DNA of 43,510 nucleotides from Bacteroidota bacterium (GTDB lineage Bacteria; Bacteroidota; Bacteroidia; Chitinophagales; Saprospiraceae): NCBI GenBank assembly GCA_039199865.1, contig JBCCSR010000001.1, positions 1 to 43,510 of the forward strand, read 5' to 3'. Shown piece by piece: positions 41,201 to 43,510 of this stretch (position 1 is its first letter; each line of letters starts with the position of its first letter). The notes under the pieces were generated by a model. It saw only the letters and a program-made list of their open reading frames with translations, ran no database searches and was not told where the DNA came from. The position numbers and the translations under genes were made by a program.

Positions 41201-43510
41201 AAAAACTTGTGGAAATTTATCTAGATGGCAGTGAGCGAGATATGGCGACCTTGTCTTACAATACTGAAGGGTATTTGTCTCAGTTGGATCGACTTAATGG
41301 TCCTACCGAAAATTATACCTGGGAGAATGATCTAGTCAAAACCAAATCAATCATCGACAGGGAATGGGAGTACCATTACTATCCCGGAACTCGTTTGTTT
41401 AGCACTATCGTCGATATGGATGGACTGGCTACAAGTTATGAGTATGATGAATTTCGACGACTGACCAGGATGGCGGCACGTGGTGGTGGTTTGGTCAGTA
41501 CTTTTGCCTACAATTACACCTTGGCGGGAGGAGGAGGTCCCAACGCTATTCGAACCAAAACGGGAGTGGACGATGTGGTGCGTTATCAATATTTTGATGG
41601 TTTGGGACGTCCCTTGCAAACGGTGGCCCAAGCCTACTCTCCGGAGGGATTCGATGTGGTACAAGGGGCCGTGGAGTATGATGTTTTCGGTCGTGTAGCA
41701 AAAGCTTATCATCCTTTGTTGACCGATGGACAGATTAGTGGCGCCTACACCAAGCCCCAAATGCTCACTGGTGAAGCCTACGATCAAGTCTTCTATGAAT
41801 CCAATCCGCTTAGTCGGGAAACGGGTAGAGCATTCTATCATGTGGGAGCGGTGGCCACTACTTATGGAAATGGTGGGTCCGATCCAGTGCTCAACATCGC
41901 AACTGGACAAAGTTATGATGCCAGTCAATTGTTTCGAGTCATTCAAGAAGATGAAAATGGACATCCAACTACGACTTATACCGATAAAATTGGTCAGCTC
42001 GTTTTAACCCGCCGTTACGAAAATGGAAATATTGACACCTACAATGGGTACGATGATCGAGGCAATTTGACCGATGTTCGTTCTCCAATGTCGACTGCTA
42101 ATGAAGATGTGTTCAGTTACCATTATGAGTACGATCAATACAATCGACTCAGGAAAAAAGTCTTGCCCAACGAGATCACTACAGATTTTAGTTACTATCC
42201 CAACGATCAGCTCCAAGAAGAGATTGGTCCCAATCGGCATTTGACCTTTTCGTACAATGTTTACTTTCAACCCGAAGCTACCTATGTAGGCCCCGGAGGG
42301 ACTCAAAGTGGCCAGGAAATCATTCGCCATAGCTATTACAATCATGGTGGCCCAGGTACTGGTCAAGTAGCAACGACCCAACTACGGGTCTTGGATGTCG
42401 GTAACAACTACCAGCCATTGCTCACGACCTATGAGTACGACAATGTTAGTCGGCTCGACATGGAAAAGCGAGAAACGCACCTAGGCTTTTTACAATACGT
42501 AGACTATCAGTATGAAGGCAAAACAGATCGACTGCTTTTGACGGGTTATGCGCAAGATGGGGTACTGGCGGTCGAAAAATTTGATTATGATCATGGCAAG
42601 CGCTTGATCAATACCTACCAAAATGTCAACAACAACGTCGATTGGGTAAGTCACAATCGATACAATTATCGGGATGAATTGATCGAGAAAAATCTGGGCA
42701 ATGTTGGAGAGGATCGCTTTTTACAATCGGTGGATTACAGCTATAATCCAAGAGGTTGGCTGACGCATGTCAATACGCTCAGATCTGGAACCACCGATGG
42801 ATGGCCACTGAATGCTTGTGAAGTCATTGATGTTGGAGGAAGTTGTGAAGCCGCACCCCAAATCAATTTAACGGATTTGATGACTATTCGCTTGACCAAT
42901 GACGATTTGAAGATCAATTGCTACGATCCTTGTGCCGATACGATTGCAGTTTGTGATTACACGGTACCATTTGTTCCTCGTTTTAACAAAGAGATCAATG
43001 AAATCATTGGAGGAGGATTGATCCTCAATTTACCCGGACCTCCCTACATCTGGGATCCCAGTGGCAATAATCCTTATCCTGGGCTTACTCAGCACATTGA
43101 AGATTGGTTGGATGGCAATGGCTATTTTTACGATGAAGTCCAGTTGGTGATCACCGAGCGATTTTCTGATGCAAGTCTGATCATCAGACAAACCAATTTT
43201 GAGTTTGAACGGATGAATGGCTCTGATGAAAATGGAATTGCTCCCGTACAATCCATATTCAATACCTCCAACTGTGGTCAATTGATTATCGCTAGTGAGG
43301 ATTTAGAGTTACAAGAACTTCGGGCAGCGATGTCGCAAACTGGGACGAGTAATATTGATTATCCGAGTACCTTGTATCAAGTCCAATTGGAAAACGGTGA
43401 AAAACTTTTGTTGACTGCATCCGAGTTGGGGGTTTTCCGAGGCGCCTACTCCATGGAGCAATGTTTGCCCCTAACGAATGCCAATCAAATTATTCAGCTC
43501 CTATCTGGAA
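38287..43510 (+). CDS. Secreted RHS/YD-repeat protein, 3'-truncated by the window end (first 1741 codons)
   Basis: This ORF is absent from the ORF track because it has no stop in the window. The frame is open in every stretch I translated: 38287-38860, spot checks near 39061 and 41041, and continuously from 42001 to 43510. The signal peptide is MKTRGGILQTFVLRTAMMFCFLGLTLAAHAQA. The conserved Bacteroidetes RHS N-domain is present (AASLGKYGDIPVGYYTGVPSVGVPIHTV..LSLDISLSYHASGLKVGEMASWVGQGWSLNAGGSISR, EPDIFSFNIGGYSGKFYLD, PPYVFEYYG..AIDHWGFYNG). YD repeats are seen (YDDRGNLTDV, YEYDQYNRLRKKVLPN, YEYDNVSRLD, FDYDHGKRLI, YNYRDELIEK, VDYSYNPRGWLTHVN). Confidence 0.85.
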   Translation, partial: MIRAMKTRGGILQTFVLRTAMMFCFLGLTLAAHAQAINNEVGDVVMPAPNAASLGKYGDIPVGYYTGVPSVGVPIHTVQEGPLSLDISLSYHASGLKVGEMASWVGQGWSLNAGGSISRTVQGLRDEGPGGYYYFGHEIPDHQQDYCGFYDYLRQVNDNVRDNEPDIFSFNIGGYSGKFYLDNQVSLSAEERVVLIPQQDLKVVPIFKGAPNDAVHLCGFEIVAPDGTIYQFGDATGTDGINKGIEMTTNSFQSPVAPSSWHLTKILSFDDRHTIYFNYEGESYAYPFLASEYNTCGGQHDITNTGNNNVDFGHSWMNGWRLKEISTSKEFIEFIAGGDRQDLEENFHFNNNQPRAKELDKIVVTSGAFCQEFVLNTDYFIDDTEHAITATSTGISANKRLRLLSVQEKPCEGSDGSTAAKPPYVFEYYGNGNFLPNRLSWAIDHWGFYNGVDDNNNHKGNRLNIPKTLGYFYTPNLQATQYIEYDGRSDRSTHEEPMKWGTLSKITYPTGGFTTFEYEANEYYGDFVETEMILNHTTACNIPTTSYSTTFQFGSQNEIDGATYIAVLEDTDVTCVDHQGCDPTSASGYQNMLVTLYENPFTTVPLQTVSLPPNPMEGNLVDLFTALEVGVTYRIAVTPCYARANFKILSNVQTQGNIKVGGLRIKKITSDNAIVENGPPIVKTYEYLNANGDNRSSGNLYQKPKYWRDWWIETDTSVVNTTSCPYYTNLIYIPDDDNYLSMRGGGVFFMNNSIVPLSGFEGAHINYSHVTEHLNGLGKNTYTYFKEDAIEYEGYPFAPRLARIQQGNQSNSEKRLVSGVPVAYDSNTPYPDEYVYSDAHLFKAQWVSTGCGLTPGFLNFYEIRTRPYRLAATSSTIDGITTTTSYEYAEHGLHLMPIATEMENSDGKVHRTETLYAPDLTVNDTDLIGMQNDLESRYMIALPLQVKKYVAGNLVGGQKSIYANLSGAPRLKKLVEIYLDGSERDMATLSYNTEGYLSQLDRLNGPTENYTWENDLVKTKSIIDREWEYHYYPGTRLFSTIVDMDGLATSYEYDEFRRLTRMAARGGGLVSTFAYNYTLAGGGGPNAIRTKTGVDDVVRYQYFDGLGRPLQTVAQAYSPEGFDVVQGAVEYDVFGRVAKAYHPLLTDGQISGAYTKPQMLTGEAYDQVFYESNPLSRETGRAFYHVGAVATTYGNGGSDPVLNIATGQSYDASQLFRVIQEDENGHPTTTYTDKIGQLVLTRRYENGNIDTYNGYDDRGNLTDVRSPMSTANEDVFSYHYEYDQYNRLRKKVLPNEITTDFSYYPNDQLQEEIGPNRHLTFSYNVYFQPEATYVGPGGTQSGQEIIRHSYYNHGGPGTGQVATTQLRVLDVGNNYQPLLTTYEYDNVSRLDMEKRETHLGFLQYVDYQYEGKTDRLLLTGYAQDGVLAVEKFDYDHGKRLINTYQNVNNNVDWVSHNRYNYRDELIEKNLGNVGEDRFLQSVDYSYNPRGWLTHVNTLRSGTTDGWPLNACEVIDVGGSCEAAPQINLTDLMTIRLTNDDLKINCYDPCADTIAVCDYTVPFVPRFNKEINEIIGGGLILNLPGPPYIWDPSGNNPYPGLTQHIEDWLDGNGYFYDEVQLVITERFSDASLIIRQTNFEFERMNGSDENGIAPVQSIFNTSNCGQLIIASEDLELQELRAAMSQTGTSNIDYPSTLYQVQLENGEKLLLTASELGVFRGAYSMEQCLPLTNANQIIQLLSG

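Noticed and set aside
1-43510. Search for CRISPR arrays, rRNA/tRNA genes, IS elements, integrases or long nucleotide-level repeats
   Set aside because: None were recognised by eye. All repeat structure found is at protein level (tape-measure modules, ANK, MORN, HYR, YD). A computational repeat or ncRNA scan would be needed to exclude small elements.

Overview
This 43.5-kb window reads like a Bacteroidota chromosome segment. Support: a T9SS-type C-terminal sorting domain on a surface protein, a TTTG/TAnnTTTG-style promoter, a BlaI/BlaR1 pair, and RHS and MORN surface proteins. I saw no rRNA, tRNA, CRISPR array, transposase or integrase. Positions 1-20898 (+ strand, tightly packed, single direction) are the distal part of an Afp/PVC-type extracellular contractile injection system (eCIS, phage-tail-like particle) operon. 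In order it encodes a tube-fold/LysM initiator, a VgrG-like spike, a PAAR tip, a gp25 wedge protein, a baseplate-J (Afp11-like) protein, an orphan 261-aa ORF, and an Afp12-like wedge protein with a tandem HhH-like C-terminal add-on. These are followed by a giant 2485-aa tape-measure-like protein built from eleven ~195-aa modules, an Afp15-like AAA+ ATPase and a terminal 96-aa ORF. A perfect 14-bp hairpin closes the operon. Sheath, tube and cap genes are not in the window (expected upstream), and no recognisable toxin cargo follows the ATPase. The remaining 22 kb holds envelope and surface genes: an OmpA-family protein with a membrane coiled-coil partner, and a BlaI repressor with an M56 BlaR1-like sensor protease whose sensor domain is replaced by 15 ankyrin repeats. 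Three TACGA-N6-TCGTA dyads lie in the promoter region it shares with a secreted M20 peptidase. Further genes are a 1634-aa CotH/LTD/HYR/C-type-lectin/GEVED T9SS substrate, a MORN-repeat protein, a DNA alkylation repair (AlkC/AlkD-type) protein, and the first 1741 codons of a secreted RHS/YD-repeat protein that runs off the window. All family assignments come from motif recognition by eye; no searches were run.
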